Source of the DNA: Lama glama
Taxonomy: Eukaryota
DNA: 64,000 nucleotides
Assembly: GCA_028534125.1 (NCBI GenBank)
Contig: CM052817.1
Coordinates: 76,014,001-76,078,000, forward strand
Reading direction: 5' to 3'
Position numbers and translations under genes: made by a program. Each line of letters begins with the position of its first letter. Position 1 is the first letter of the stretch. The notes beneath the pieces are model-generated. The model worked only from the letters and a program-made list of their open reading frames with translations, had not been told where the DNA came from and did not search any database. Below are positions 11,301 through 24,500 of this stretch, one piece after another.

Positions 11301-14300
11301 AGCTTTTTGGTTACTGTTTCAATCTCTGTATTCGTGATCATTCTATTCAGATTTTCTGTTTCTTGATGATTCTGTTTTGAAAGTTTATATAATTCTAAGA
11401 CTTTGTTAATTTCTTCTAGGTTGTCCCGTTTGTTAGTATATAGCTATTTATGGTATTCTCATATAATCATTCGTGTTCATGTGATAGCCATTATTATTTA
11501 TCCTCTTTTATTACTGATTTTATTTATCAAGACCTTCTCTCTCTCTCACTTTTTTTTGTTAGTAAATCTAGTGAACAGTTTGTCAGTTTGGTTTAGCTTT
11601 TCAGAAAACCAGCTCTTAGTTTCATTGACGTTTTTTATTGGCATTTTAGTCTACTTCATTTATTTCTGCTCTGCTCATTCCTTTTTCTTCCTTCCACGAA
11701 TTATAGGTTTCATTTGTTCTTTCTCTAGTTTCTTTAGGGGTAAGTTAAAGTTATTTATATATTTTTCTGTTCCTCGATGTATTCCTATAGATTTCCCTCT
11801 TTGTACTTTTAATTCATCTGTTGTTTTTTTTTTTGCTTCTCCCCATATTTCCTCATTGACTCACTAGTTGTTCAATAGCATGTTGTTCTGTCTCCACATA
11901 TTTGTAATTTTTCCAGTAATTGATTTCGAGTTTCATACCATTGCGAGCAAAAAGGGTGCTTGGTATGATTTCAGTCTCTTAAAATTCACTGAGACTTATT
12001 TTGTGTCCCTGCATATAGTCTATCCTTGAGAAAGTTCTGTGTGCACTTGGAAAGAATGTATATTCTGCTGCATTTGGATGGAATGTTCTGTACAAATCTA
12101 TCAAATCTATCTGGTCTGATGTTTCATTTAAAGTCAGTGTTTCCTTGTTGCATTTCTGCCTTAATGATCTAGCCATTGATCTAAGTGAGGTGTTAAAGTC
12201 ACATCCTATTATTGTGTTGCTGACAATTTCTCACTTTAGGTCTATTAATTGTTTTACATATGTTGGTTCTTCTATATTAGGTACATAATATTAATCACTG
12301 TTATGTCTTCTTGATAAATTGTCCCCTTTATTATTATGTCTATTTTTTTCTCTTAATACCTTTTTTGCCTTGAAGCTTCTGTTTTTGTTTTTGGTTTTTT
12401 TAATATGATATGAGTATGGCTCCATTTTCTTTTGTCTGGCATTTGCTTGAAGTATCATCTTTCATCCCTTCACTTTCAGCCTGTGATTGTCTTTAGAGCT
12501 GAGTTGTGTCTCTGGTTGGTAGCATATCATTAGGTCTTGTTTTTCAGTCTATCCAGCCACTCTGTTGGTGAATTCAATCCATTTACAGTTATAGTGATTA
12601 CTGTAGATGACAATTTAGTACTGCCATTTTATCTTATGTTTTCTAGTTGTTCTGTATCTCTATTTCTTTTTCCTTGTGTTTGTCATTTTGATTTGGATGT
12701 TTTTCTCAGTATCCTCTTTTTGTATGTTTTTTGCCTCTGTGCTATGTTTATTTTTTGATTACCCTGAAGTTTGTACAGAACATCTCATAGATAAAAGAGA
12801 CCTTTGTCTGCTGATGCCATCTTATCTTCATTTACCTGTGTAAGTTCTTTTTTTCCTTTTCCTCTTCCAATTTTATTTTTTGTTGTCTCAAATTATTCCT
12901 TTTTATGTTTTGAGTTTGTTACCAAACTGAAGTAGCTTTAGTTATTTTATGCTTTATTTTCCCTCTCTTTAACCTTTATGATATAATAAAGTGTTTGAAA
13001 AGCTATTCTTATAAAGATTTCAGTTTTATGGTTTATTTATCACTTTGCTTACTCAAAATTTTATGTACTTTTGCCTTTTTCTTTCTGGTAGAAGAACTCC
13101 TTTCAGCATTTCTCGTTAGGCAGGTCTAGTGTTGACGAACTTCCTCAGCTTTTGTTTGTCTTGCGAAGCCTTTATTTCTCCTTCATATCTGAATGATAAC
13201 TTTCTTGGGCAGTGTATTCTTTGGTGACAGATTTTATCTTACAGAATTTCAAGAATGTCTTCCCATCCTCTTCTGGCCTGTCGGGTTTCTGATGAGAAAT
13301 CTGCTGATAGCCTAATAGGGGTTCTTTTGTAGGTTACAATCCTTTTTCCCTCTGGCAGCCTTTATAATTCTTTGTCATTGGCTTTTGACAGTGTTATTAT
13401 AGAGTTTCTTGAAGAAGGTCTTTTTGCATTGAGGAATTAGGTGTTCACTTATCTTCATGGTTTTGTATATCCAGATCCTTCTCCAGGTTTGGGAAGTTCT
13501 CAACTATTATTTCTTTAAGTTAACTCTCTTGTTTCCTTCTTTTCTCCTTCTGGAATATCCATTGCCCTAACATTGCCTCTCCTGAAAGAGTCAGATAGCT
13601 CTCAGAAAATTTTCTCATTTTTTATATCTTATTTCTCTTTCCTCTTCTACTTATTATCATTTCTTGATTTCTATCTTTGAGCTTGTTAATTCTCTCTTCC
13701 GTATGGTTTCAATTTCCACTGCTTTCTAAAGCATTCTTCATCTCATTTATTGAGTTCTTCATCTCCTGAATTTCTGTTTGATTCATTTTTACAGTTTCAA
13801 TCTCTTTGGTAAAGAATTCCTCTGTTCATTAATTTTATTTTTTCCTGAGCTCATTAAACTGCCTTTCTGAGTTTCCTTGTAGCTCATTTTAGTTTCTTCA
13901 TTACAGCTATTTTGATTTCTCTACCAGTTATGTTGGTTTCTGGAGAGTTGTCATTTTTTTCTTGTGGTATAGTGTTACTGTGGTTTTTTGGGATACTTAA
14001 ATTTTTCATCTGTCTTTGCATTTGAAATTAAATGACAAGTTAGCTGTTAGAGTTCTTTCTTTTGTTTTCTGGTAGGTGGTACTATAACACACGTTTTTGG
14101 TTTCCTTTACCTGAGCTGCCTCTGGTTATATTTGAGAGTGAGCACTTTCCAGACTCCACAATCTAGTCTCTCCACGCATTCTTTATAGCTTCTTTTGCTT
14201 CTGGGATTGTTGCTGCTTTGCTTTGCCAGAATCACTGTCATTACTGGGATAGTGGACTCTTCCATTGTGTCCAGGATCCTCTGAGTGAGTCTCTGTGCCC

Positions 14301-14770
14301 TAGCTGGAGGAGGATGGTGGGAGGGGGATAAGGTTGCACAGCTGCCTGTTCTGTGCCTGGTTATTATATGGTTCACAGGGGTCTACCACTGCAAATAGGG
14401 GGCAGCGGCTGGGGTCATGGGTGCCTCAGCTTTGAAGGGTCCATCCCCACTGCTTCTGTTGCCTAGTTACCTGTGGCTATGGGTGCTGCTGTGATAGGGA
14501 GGCTGGAGTCATGTGTGACCTTTCCTGCTTTTACTGGATTCTCTGAGGCTTGATCTTAGCTGCCATGGTCAGAGGGCTGAGATTACAGACACTGACTCTG
14601 CTTTTTTTCTCAGTTCCACCTCCAGTCCACCCAACTTTAGATGTGTAAATATGTGGAATTCTCTGGCATACTGTTGTGTTGGGTAGAGGCACCTTTCTGA
14701 GTTGTGGATGTTTTACTGGTTGTAAATTGAAGAGGATATAAAAAGGTAGTTTTTCACTCTACCGTGTTTC
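8359..14770 (-). mobile_element. Near full-length, inactive LINE-1 (L1MA9-era / Laurasiatherian type): 3'UTR, ORF2, ORF1, 5'UTR
   Basis: T-rich tail at 8359; 3' UTR 8360-9000; ORF2 remnants (9108-9359 PYVPAIPLLSIYPK..KKKCTPMFTASLFIIAK; endonuclease 11979-12176 DLIDLYRTFHPNAAEYTFFPSAHRTFSRIDYM); ORF1 ~13000-13950; 5'UTR ~14000-14770. Many stops and frameshifts. Confidence 0.93.
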
Positions 14771-16782
14771 TGGAAAGGGCATTCTTGGCTGTAAGTCTTT
14801 TTCTTTTCATCATTTTAAATATATGATACCACTCACTTCTGGTCTGCAAAGATTCTGCTGAAAAGTCAGCTGACAGTCTTGTGGGAGCTCCCTTTTATGT
14901 AACTTGTTGGTTTTCCTTTGCTGCTTTTAAGATTCTGTATTTGTCTTTAATTTTTGCCATTTTAATACCATATGTCTTCGTGTAGACCTTTTTGGGTTGA
15001 TTTTATTGGGACTCTCTGTGCTTCCTGGACTTGAATGTGTTTTTTTCCTCAGATTAGGGAAGTTTTCAATTATTATTATTTCAAATAAATTTCTCTGCCC
15101 CCTTCTTTCTCTTTTCCTTCTAGGACCTCTATAATGTATTAGTATGCTAGATGTTGTCCCAGAAGTCTCTTAAACTCTCATTTTTTTTTTAATTCTTTTT
15201 TTCTTTTTGCTGTTTAGCTTGGGTAATTTCTGCTACTCTGTCTTCCAGTTTGCTGATCTGTTTCTTGGTATCTTTTAATCTGTTGATTCCTTCTAGTGTA
15301 TTTTTTATTTCAGTTACTGTGTTCTTCAGCTCTGTTTGGTTCTTTATATTTTCTAACTCTCTGTTATATTTCTTACTGTGTTCATCCATTCTTCTCCCAT
15401 GTTTGTTGAGCATCTTTGATTTATTACCTTGAACTCTTTATTAGATAGATTGCTTACCTCCACTTCATTTAGTTCTTCTTCTAGGCCTTTATATTGTTCT
15501 TTCAGTTGGAACATACTCCTGTCTTGCCTTATTTTACCTGATTCTCTGTTTTTATTTCTATGCATTAGTTAGATTGGTCACATTTCCCAATCTTGGAGAT
15601 GTGGCCTTATGTAGGAGACATCCTTTGGGGCTGAGCAGCACACTCCTCTTGGTCATCATAGCTATAATGATCTAGAGGTTCCCCTATGGGGAATGGTGCT
15701 GGACTGATGGTGTGTGGGTCTGGGTGCTGGTACCACTGGCTGCAGCGTCTGGGTGTTCTGGGTCTGGTCTTGGTGCACTCATGGGCAAGGCCAGGTTGTG
15801 GGCAGCTGGCTGTGGCACCTGAAGGAGGAGGTCCCAGTCCTGGTACTGGTTGGTGGACCCAGGTCCTGGGTGGCTGGCTCTGGGATCTCAGGCTGGTGCT
15901 GGTCCACTGGTGCATGGAGTCAGTTCAGCACAGCAGGCCACTAGGGCATTGGAGTCTGGGCTAGTCCCTGCCCATTGGTTGGCAGTGCCAGGTCACTAGA
16001 CTGCTTGCTGGAGGGCCTAGGAGAGTGCAAGGGTAGAGTCGGCCTGATGGTGGTGGGTTAGGGCTGGGTTTCCACTTAGCTGTCTGCTGGGCCTAGGGTG
16101 TCCAGGGACTTGTGCCCACTGACTTGTTGGCAGGGAAGCGTCTAGTGCTAATAGGCTAGAGAGAGGACTCCAAAATGGTACTTTCCAGCACCACTGTCCT
16201 TGTAGTAGAAAGTGATCCCCAAAATGGTCACCACCAATGTCTTTTCCCATGGGGACTCTCAGTTGTTTCTTGCTTTCTAGAGGTTCTCCAAGAACAGCAA
16301 GTGTGTTTGATGCAGGTTCCTTTCAAATTATTCCCTCTGCACTGGATCTCAGGGTATGCGAGATTTTGTGCGTGCCCTTTAAGAATGGAATCTCTGTTTC
16401 CTACAGCCCTCAGGGTCTGTGTGCAAGCCTGACTGGATTTCAAATCCATGTGTTCTAGGAGCTCATCTTCCTGATCCAGGACCCCTGGCTGGAGAGCCTG
16501 ATGTGAGACTTGAACCCCTTGCTCCTTGGGGAGAACCTCTGCAATTGTGATTACTCTCCCATTTGTGGGTTGCCCTCCCCAGAATGTGGATCTTGACTAT
16601 ACCATGTTTCTGCACCTCCTACCCATCTTGCTCCTTTTTATATCTTTAGTTGTAGAAAGTTTTCTGTCATTACTCAGGTGGTTTTCATTGATAGTTGCTC
16701 TGTAAATAGTTGTGATTTTTGTGTGACTATGGGAGGAGGTGAGCTCAGGGTCTTCCAATGCCACCATCTTGGCCACTCTGCC
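14771..16782 (-). mobile_element. Second L1 5' module: GC-rich 5'UTR plus N-terminal part of ORF1
   Basis: ORFs 15353-15565 and 15189-15413 give the L1 ORF1 N-terminus and coiled coil (NLSNKEFKVI; ELKNTVTEIKNTLEGINRLKDTKKQISKLEDRVAEITQ); L1 5' terminus ggaggaggtgagctcagggtcttcc...ccatcttgg at ~16735-16772. Confidence 0.9.
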
Positions 16783-16965
16783 TTAGTCCCTCAGATAAAA
16801 CCAAGGTGTTGGTCAGGGCTACGTTCCTCTCAGAGGCTCTGGGGAAGAATTCCTTTCTTGTCTTTTTCAGTGTCTCGAGGCTGCCTTCATTCCTTGGTTC
16901 ATGACCCTTTTTTCAGATCACTGCAACCTCTTACTTCCAGAATCCTATCTCCTACTGTCTTGTAA
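16783..16965 (-). mobile_element. MaLR LTR fragment (MLT1-like)
   Basis: aaaaccaaggtgttggtcagggct...gaggctctggggaagaattcctttcttg...ggctgccttcattccttgg; same motifs as 54804-55271. Confidence 0.8.
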
Positions 16966-19056
16966 CTTAATTTCAGATAAGAGAGAATATGATTGGGAAA
17001 ATAAAATAACAATAGATTTAAACATCAATTAATATCATCTGTAAAGTATATTCTCAGTTGAAAAACTGCCTACATTTTGACAAATCGTAGAGTTTTTAAA
17101 GTCATAAAAAACTTTGCAAATATCAAGTGATAAAATTTTAATAGCAGCAGTTAAATTATTAGTGGAAATAAAGCGACGTTTCTAAAAACAAAAGCTTACC
17201 AAATGTCCTACTCTTTGATTATTTTGTCATCGGCTTTTCAAATGTTCTTGCTTGCTCTTTTCCAGGCTCAGCAGAATGTGATAATAAGCAATAGCTAGAA
17301 TGTCTGTGTTCAGTTTGCATTTTTTCAGTCTGCTGAGCACATTCACTTTTCTGACATAGAAAAAAAAATCATAGCATCAAAATGCCATTTGAAATATCTT
17401 GAAAGACTTGCTGACATAAGGAATATGTGATAATATTTTAATGAGTATGCTTGCCAGCTAGAGATTTTTAGGTAAATGAATCCTATCACTTTTAATTTAA
17501 TAAAGCTCTTTTTACATGATTTACATGAAATTAATGATCAAATTATTAAGGAGCGTTCAATGAAAATTAAGCACACTTCCCTAAATAATTTTTCTTTAGA
17601 AGTTACAAGTTAAAAATAAAAGCTAAAGGGTAGTAGTATCTGAACATCTGTAATAGTTTGTAAACGTTTTATAAAATTTTCAAATATGAATTAACTGAGT
17701 GTTTCATGAAAAATATATTACTGTATATATACTACACAGTATAATATACTATCTGGTATTATAACATATTATTATAGTCAAATGAATAAAATGATTAACC
17801 TGATGACTTTAAAATTTTATAATTATTTACCATTTTAAAAAGAAAATTTTGTGTGCATTGGATTCAACCATTTAAGCAAAGAAAAAGAAGAAAATATTTT
17901 TGCTTTTTATGGCCCTACCAAGACCTTCAGTCAGTCAGTTTTTTCTGTCTCACCCAGTCTTATGCTTGCATTGGGTTCCTTAACCAACTCTAAACAACAC
18001 AGCCACGCAGTGTTTTATTTTTCACAGCCTGAATTTCCAAGCCCTTTGTGGTCCCCATCCGTCCTGGGTCTAGTAATTAAGCTTTGATCTTATCCCCCTT
18101 TTCCTGAATTGTTTTGGTACCCTGTCAGGGGCCTCTGCTGTGTCTTGATGTCTTTCTGAGCTTTATGTCCTGTGCCATATTCCAGTCTTGACTGGCATCC
18201 TGCTACCTGCTGAAAGAATTGTGGAATATTTTCTCTCTCAAACTTAGAATAGTTTCGTATTTCTAATTATCACCTATGCGAAAAATCATACAAAGCAATG
18301 TATTTATTTTATGATGAACCTATATAAGGTCTGGTTTTAAACATTTCAACTGAAACTTATTTCATCCATTTTATAAGCATATAAAATCTAGTCCACTTAA
18401 AATCTTTTACAGAGACCTTTTACAATTTAATCCATGTTTTAATTTGATTTTGATACACATATCTTCACCTTATGTATAAATTATTCATTTAAAATCAGTT
18501 TTTAATAAAAAGTTTACTTTGTCACCATTTGTACATACTCTAACATCTATTTCAGTATCAGTGCCAGATTTTTTTACAACCTAGTATTTTTTTGGGATTT
18601 CTAAAGGATTTGTCCTATAGGATTTCTATCATTTTATCTAAATAATTAAAATGTCTTCTAAAGTAACACTTTTATTATTGCATTTACATAATATAAGCCA
18701 ACAATTTTATCAAGTTTCTATTACCTTTATAGTTTATAAACATATTTTTCTGTTTTGTTCTGGATGAAGGTAAGCGTCTTTCAGATGACACCATGCACAT
18801 CTGGCCAGTTTTCTGGGCAGTCACAGCTGTACTTGACTTTTCCCAGATCACAGCTGCCACCGCTGACACTATCACCAGGTGTCACTCTCCACATTTTCCC
18901 ATAAGGTGAAACGTCTATAGCCAATCACAATTTCACCTTAGGAAACACATTGTCTTAAAGCATGCTTTTACGATTTGATTGTTTCCTTCATGTACTGTTT
19001 GCATTCACACACACATAAGCATGCACAAACATGGATATATGTGTGTATTATGTTCT

Positions 19057-19556
19057 NNNNNNNNNNNNNNNNNNNNNNNNNNNNNNNNNNNNNNNNNNNN
19101 NNNNNNNNNNNNNNNNNNNNNNNNNNNNNNNNNNNNNNNNNNNNNNNNNNNNNNNNNNNNNNNNNNNNNNNNNNNNNNNNNNNNNNNNNNNNNNNNNNNN
19201 NNNNNNNNNNNNNNNNNNNNNNNNNNNNNNNNNNNNNNNNNNNNNNNNNNNNNNNNNNNNNNNNNNNNNNNNNNNNNNNNNNNNNNNNNNNNNNNNNNNN
19301 NNNNNNNNNNNNNNNNNNNNNNNNNNNNNNNNNNNNNNNNNNNNNNNNNNNNNNNNNNNNNNNNNNNNNNNNNNNNNNNNNNNNNNNNNNNNNNNNNNNN
19401 NNNNNNNNNNNNNNNNNNNNNNNNNNNNNNNNNNNNNNNNNNNNNNNNNNNNNNNNNNNNNNNNNNNNNNNNNNNNNNNNNNNNNNNNNNNNNNNNNNNN
19501 NNNNNNNNNNNNNNNNNNNNNNNNNNNNNNNNNNNNNNNNNNNNNNNNNNNNNNNN
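19057..19556. other. Assembly gap (exactly 500 N)
   Basis: Run of N. Confidence 1.
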
Positions 19557-19866
19557 AAGATTTATGTCAGAGTTTTGCCTATGTTTCCTTCTAGGAGATT
19601 TATCATGTCTTGTCTTATGTTTAAGTCTTTAAGCCATTTAGAGTTTATTTTTGTGTATGGGGTGAGGGAGTGTTCTAACTTCACTGATTTACTTGCTGCT
19701 ATCCAGTTTTCCCAATATCACTTGCTGAAGAGACTGTCTTTTCTCCATTGTGTATTCTTGCCTCTTTTGCCAAAGATTAATTGATCGTAGGTCTGTGGAT
19801 TTATTTCTGGGCTCTCTACTCTGTTCTATTGATTGATGTCTGTTTTTATGCCAAAACCATGCTATC
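19557..19866 (-). mobile_element. Young L1 ORF2 fragment (5'-truncated end; the rest lies in the gap)
   Basis: Closely similar to 41161-41470 (aagatttatg..agag...ttttgtgtatggggtgaggg...aagagactgtct). Confidence 0.9.
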
Positions 19867-19868
19867 TT

Positions 19869-21552
19869 GGAATTCTCCTGTTTTAATGTCAGATACCAAA
19901 CTATAGATCTAGAAGGATCAGAAATAACCAAGCAGTATAAATGCCAACAAATCCACACCTAGCCATATCACCTTCTAACAAAGAATCAAAAATAAAGAAA
20001 AAATCCTGGGGCGGGGTAGAAGCCAGGGTTGGAGGGATAATACTATACCAATAGGGGAACAAAGATAAGAATTGCGATCTGACTTCTCTTGGAAAACATA
20101 CAAGCAAGAGAGTAGAGTGAACTCTTTAAAGTTGTCAGAGAAAGACCACCAACCCAGAATTAGGTACCTGGAAATCATCTTTCAAAAGTGAGGGAAAGGA
20201 GACTTTTAGACAAAAACTGAGGGAATTTGTTGTCAATAGACTTACCTTGCAAGAAATGTTTTAAAAAAACAACAAAAAACAGCCCTTTAAAGAGAAGGGA
20301 AATAGTAAGTCAGAAAGTAGGCTCTCTATAAGAAAGGAAGAACATCAAAGAAGGAATGTGATGGGAAAATTTGTTTTTCTTACTGATCTAACAGAAATTC
20401 AAAATAATAGCAGCAATGAACTTGATTATGTAGGTTTACATATACATCTTGTGTATGTATATAGTTGGGTATGAATATATATAAGTGAGTTGAATGACAG
20501 CAGTGCTACATGTGGGAGGAAGGAATTAGGGTTTTTGTTGTTGTTATTTTTAGGTACTCATACTATCTATGAAGTAGTGTAATGTTATTTGAAAGTGGAC
20601 TAGGATTGGCTGTAAATTTGTATTTACAAAGTCCAGGGCAACCACTTAAAGAGTAAAAATATACATATGTATATATCCAATATATTTTTTAAAGGGAAAA
20701 TGGGATTATAGATAATATTCCTTTAAAAATCACTAAAGGCAAAAAGAGCAGAAGAAAAAAATAGGAACAATGATATACAACAGTAAGGAACGAAGACAGA
20801 CAACAGTAATGAATATGCGATATAGTATCCTAGCTTTACCAATAATGACTAAACGTCAGTGGTCTAAGTGTACTAATTAAGATAAAGATTGTCAGAGTGA
20901 GTAAACAAGACTCAAGTATATGTTTACAAGAAATCTGTGTGTGTGTGTATATATGTGTATATATATACACGCATGTAGTTTACAATTAAATGGATCAGAA
21001 GACCATGCTAAGACTAAATTATAAAATGCAAGAGTAGCTATGTTAATTTCAGACAGAGCCAACTTTCAAGTAAAGACAGATGTCAACTAAAGAAGGGCAT
21101 TATATGATAAATGGGCCACTTCTCCAAGAAGACATAATCCTTCACATGTATGCACCTAACAGTGTCAAACTATGTGAGGGAAAAACTAACAGAGATGCAA
21201 GGAGAAACAGATGAGTCATTATCATAGTTGGATATTTCAACATCTTCTATCCAAAATGGACATACTCAGCAGGCAGAAAGTCAGTAGGACTTGATTTTTG
21301 TTACCTAAAATATACAAAGAACTTTTAAAACTCAACAATAAGAAAATAGGCAACCTAAATAAAAAGTAGGTCAAAGACCTTGGGCGACTTTACTGAGGAG
21401 ACATAAAGATGTACCACTGTGGTGGGGGATGTTGATAATGAGGGAGGCTGTGTATGTATGAGGCTCCGGTCTGTATGGGAAGATGTCTGTAGCCTCCTCT
21501 CAGTTTTACTGTGAACCTAGAACCAATGTAAAAATAGTCTTAATTGAAAAAA
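19869..21552 (+). mobile_element. Old L1 (L1MD/L1MC-like) with large internal deletions
   Basis: ORF1 3' half (aacaaagataagaatt..gacttctct), inter-ORF region, ORF2 endonuclease start (gaagacataatcc..atgtatgcacctaac), a short ORF2 C-terminal piece (aaaactcaacaataagaaaa) and the 3' end gtaccactgtggtgggggatgttgataatgagggaggctg...tgtgaacctagaac. Confidence 0.8.
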
Positions 21553-24500
21553 CAGTTTGGAAATGCCTACAAATAGTATCCCAAACCCACTTAGTTTTGG
21601 AGAAGTCAAAGTAGGCACACCAAAATAGGATATGTCTCCCAAGAAATAGCTGATAAAATAATGACTTAGACAAAAACTGCTATTTCAAAGTTGCAAGATT
21701 TTTTTTTTTTTGTGGCTACTGTTAATTGATGTTACTATTTGAAGAGACTTTGAGACAGGAATTTCCCAAGGTTGGGGGGAAAAAATCGTGAGAATTTGTC
21801 CCTTTGTTAGGCATTGTGAGTCTGATACCTTTGATAATTAGGCTGTCAGGAGCTCCACTGCACAGTGGGACCGTAAGAAAGGTCGTTAGAGGCAGAGAAG
21901 CATCTCGCCAGACAGTGTCACCGTGAAGGGACCCTTTCATTGCTAAGTGGGACTTGTTTCTGCCTTTTTGAGTGGTACAAGAGAGATTAACCTTTTTTCC
22001 TCAAGATATGTAAGTTCAGTTTTAGTGCTGCCTTAATAACACCTACACTAAGACTGAGAGGGTTGGCAGTGGAAATAGTTTACATGAAGTCTACACTGGA
22101 GAAGGGTCATAAGTAAATACCAGTCGAACTCAGGCTATGAAGAAGTTGGCTCAGATACTTGGCCCAACGCAGTGAATTGTGTGGCTGGTGAACAGCCTTG
22201 AACTTAATGGACAAAGAGTTCAAAGTTTGGAATCAAACTTACCGAAAGAGTAGAATATTTGAGGGCCAGGAATTTATATTGTGGGACAGTCCATCTTTTG
22301 AGCTAGCAGAGATACTTTTCTTCTGTCTTCTGGAACTTCTAAGTGTAGAGGACAAAACAAAGACCAGCTCTGGGGTGCAGCTCAGGGCAAAGTTTGCCTG
22401 GAATATTTCTTAGGAATTTTATTATATTTGTATGTGAATTTAGATTGTGTTTGTGCCATGGTTACACATTGCCATAGGTTTGAGTGATCCCTAATCTTAT
22501 TTTCTTACATCTATGATGTTATAGAAACATATATAACTGTGATTAAAGTGCTGACTTTTCAAAAAATTTATTTCACAAATAGGTCAAATTTTAAAATGAC
22601 TGTTTTGTAGGAAAGATAATTTGATCTTTAACCCTAATACTTCAGTAACATTTGAAGATGGAAATATATTTATTTTGCATAAATTTACCTAATGGACACC
22701 TAATAAAGTGAAAATTGATTTTTCAAATACACATCAAGTATAGAAGAAAATTTAGAAAATAAAGTGTTGACTGGCTACCCTTTTTTGGAGCAGCTGTATA
22801 GAGTTAACACATTACATTCTATAGATCAAGGAATGAAATTTAATTTTTAAAGAGTGATTTCTTTTTTAAAGCTATATGATTCTGTGATATTGCAGGTCAT
22901 AAAAGGCAGAACTTTGAAATGATAAGTGAGATGAGAATATAGAACACGGTCACCAGGTCAGTGGAGGCTCAAAATCCTCATAGTTCCTCAAATATTAAAA
23001 TTTAAAAAAGGGAGGTGTGAAAATTAACATGGAAATCCTAAGTAGTAAAAGTAAAAAGAGAAAATCGTTGCTTTTCAGTAAAGCTTTAACAAATGAATAC
23101 AGCAGAACAGAAAATACTGCAGCTTAGAAAGTAATTTGCCATTGGACCATTTCCCATTTCATTTCTAGTTGATAATAGGTTTTGTGTCCTTTCTTCTTCA
23201 ATAATATGCTCATCACACACCCAGCTTAGACCAAAGTTAGCCAAAGAGTCTCCTGAAAAGTAGAAAACAGTTATTTTTATATGATCTTTTGAGCGACATA
23301 AGCCTGGCATTAGGTGACCTAGAGAATCATAATTCAGTATTGAGATAAAATATGAATAAGAATTTTTAGTTCCCTGTTGAAGAAGAATTATTTTATCAAC
23401 ACTCATATTAGTTTATTTCTCCACATTTAAGGAGGACATGCTTAATTATTACAATATTTTATATTACTCATTGGTGCAAAATGGAGAGTGATCGTACCCC
23501 TCAGGCAGATCACCACTAAGCAGCTTTGCATACTGTTGGTGTGCACTGCATCCAGACCGGCTCATAAAGAAGCAAAACAAGCCAGTCCATCAATTAGTCA
23601 GTCGGTCAAATCTGCAATATATAAGTGACTTGTAAAATGTGTTCAGAAAAAGTTTTTCTTTTAGCTGAGCAAGGACTAAATTGGATAACACAGATGTGGT
23701 ATCTGATTTAATTGGAGGACCAGGGTTTAATTATGGTGGCTCACAGAGACCTGTTTAGTGTTCCTGGCTGGGAAGTATAAAGCCGGCATGCCTCTTGGTC
23801 CTGTTCAGCTGGATTATAAAGTCCATCTTCTTTATTTTTGAAATGGTCTATATCAAAAGTTGGATTGACTTTATTTAACAGTGTATTTTTTTTACAACAG
23901 GCCGCATTTTAATCTCTTTATCCACAGCAGTTGGCAAATGCAAACATAAGCACAGCGTGGCACTGAATTTTCAGAGCATGAACAAATGGATGAAAGTACA
24001 GATGAACACACTAATGATAAGTAGATGAGAATTAGAACAAATAGGATTAAATAATTGAAACCAGAACATTTCATTTGGAATGCACCTATGTTTATGTTTT
24101 CACTGAAAAAAAACAAAAATAATTTAATTATAATAGGTATAAAAATGTAAAATAATGGAGAGCTAGACTAAGGAGAGGTTGATGGGTTTTTTTTTTTTTC
24201 TTTTCCCCAGGTGTCTTTTTTTGAAAACACAACTTTTAAAAAAATTTTCCATAACATATATTCTTATTTGAATCGATAACGAAAATGTCAACTGTTACTG
24301 CCCTTTGTAATCTTTTTCTAATCGCTTTGTATTAGAAACATGTTCTCCCCACTCCTAGTTTTCACGTGGACAGGTGTTCCCCGAGGGTGTTCTTAGGCTG
24401 TCTTCTCCTTCACCCACTTTCCCCCGAGTGGGGACGAGGGGCTGTGTTTTGCTGGGGGTTAGTGTGAGAACAGCAGGACACGACTGGCGCCCAGCCTCCT

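Noticed and set aside
11403..11867. 154-aa membrane-protein-like ORF
   Set aside because: Antisense of A-rich L1 ORF2; the hydrophobicity comes from T-richness.
15607..16458. Cluster of overlapping GC-rich ORFs
   Set aside because: They lie in an L1 5'UTR, where high GC reduces stop frequency.
8345..16805. Target-site duplication for the composite L1 (aaccaag on both sides)
   Set aside because: Only 7 bp, not adjacent to the element ends, and the right copy is part of the MLT1 sequence.
18975..19784. Long ORFs of 187-269 aa in the ORF track
   Set aside because: Artefacts of translating through the N gap.
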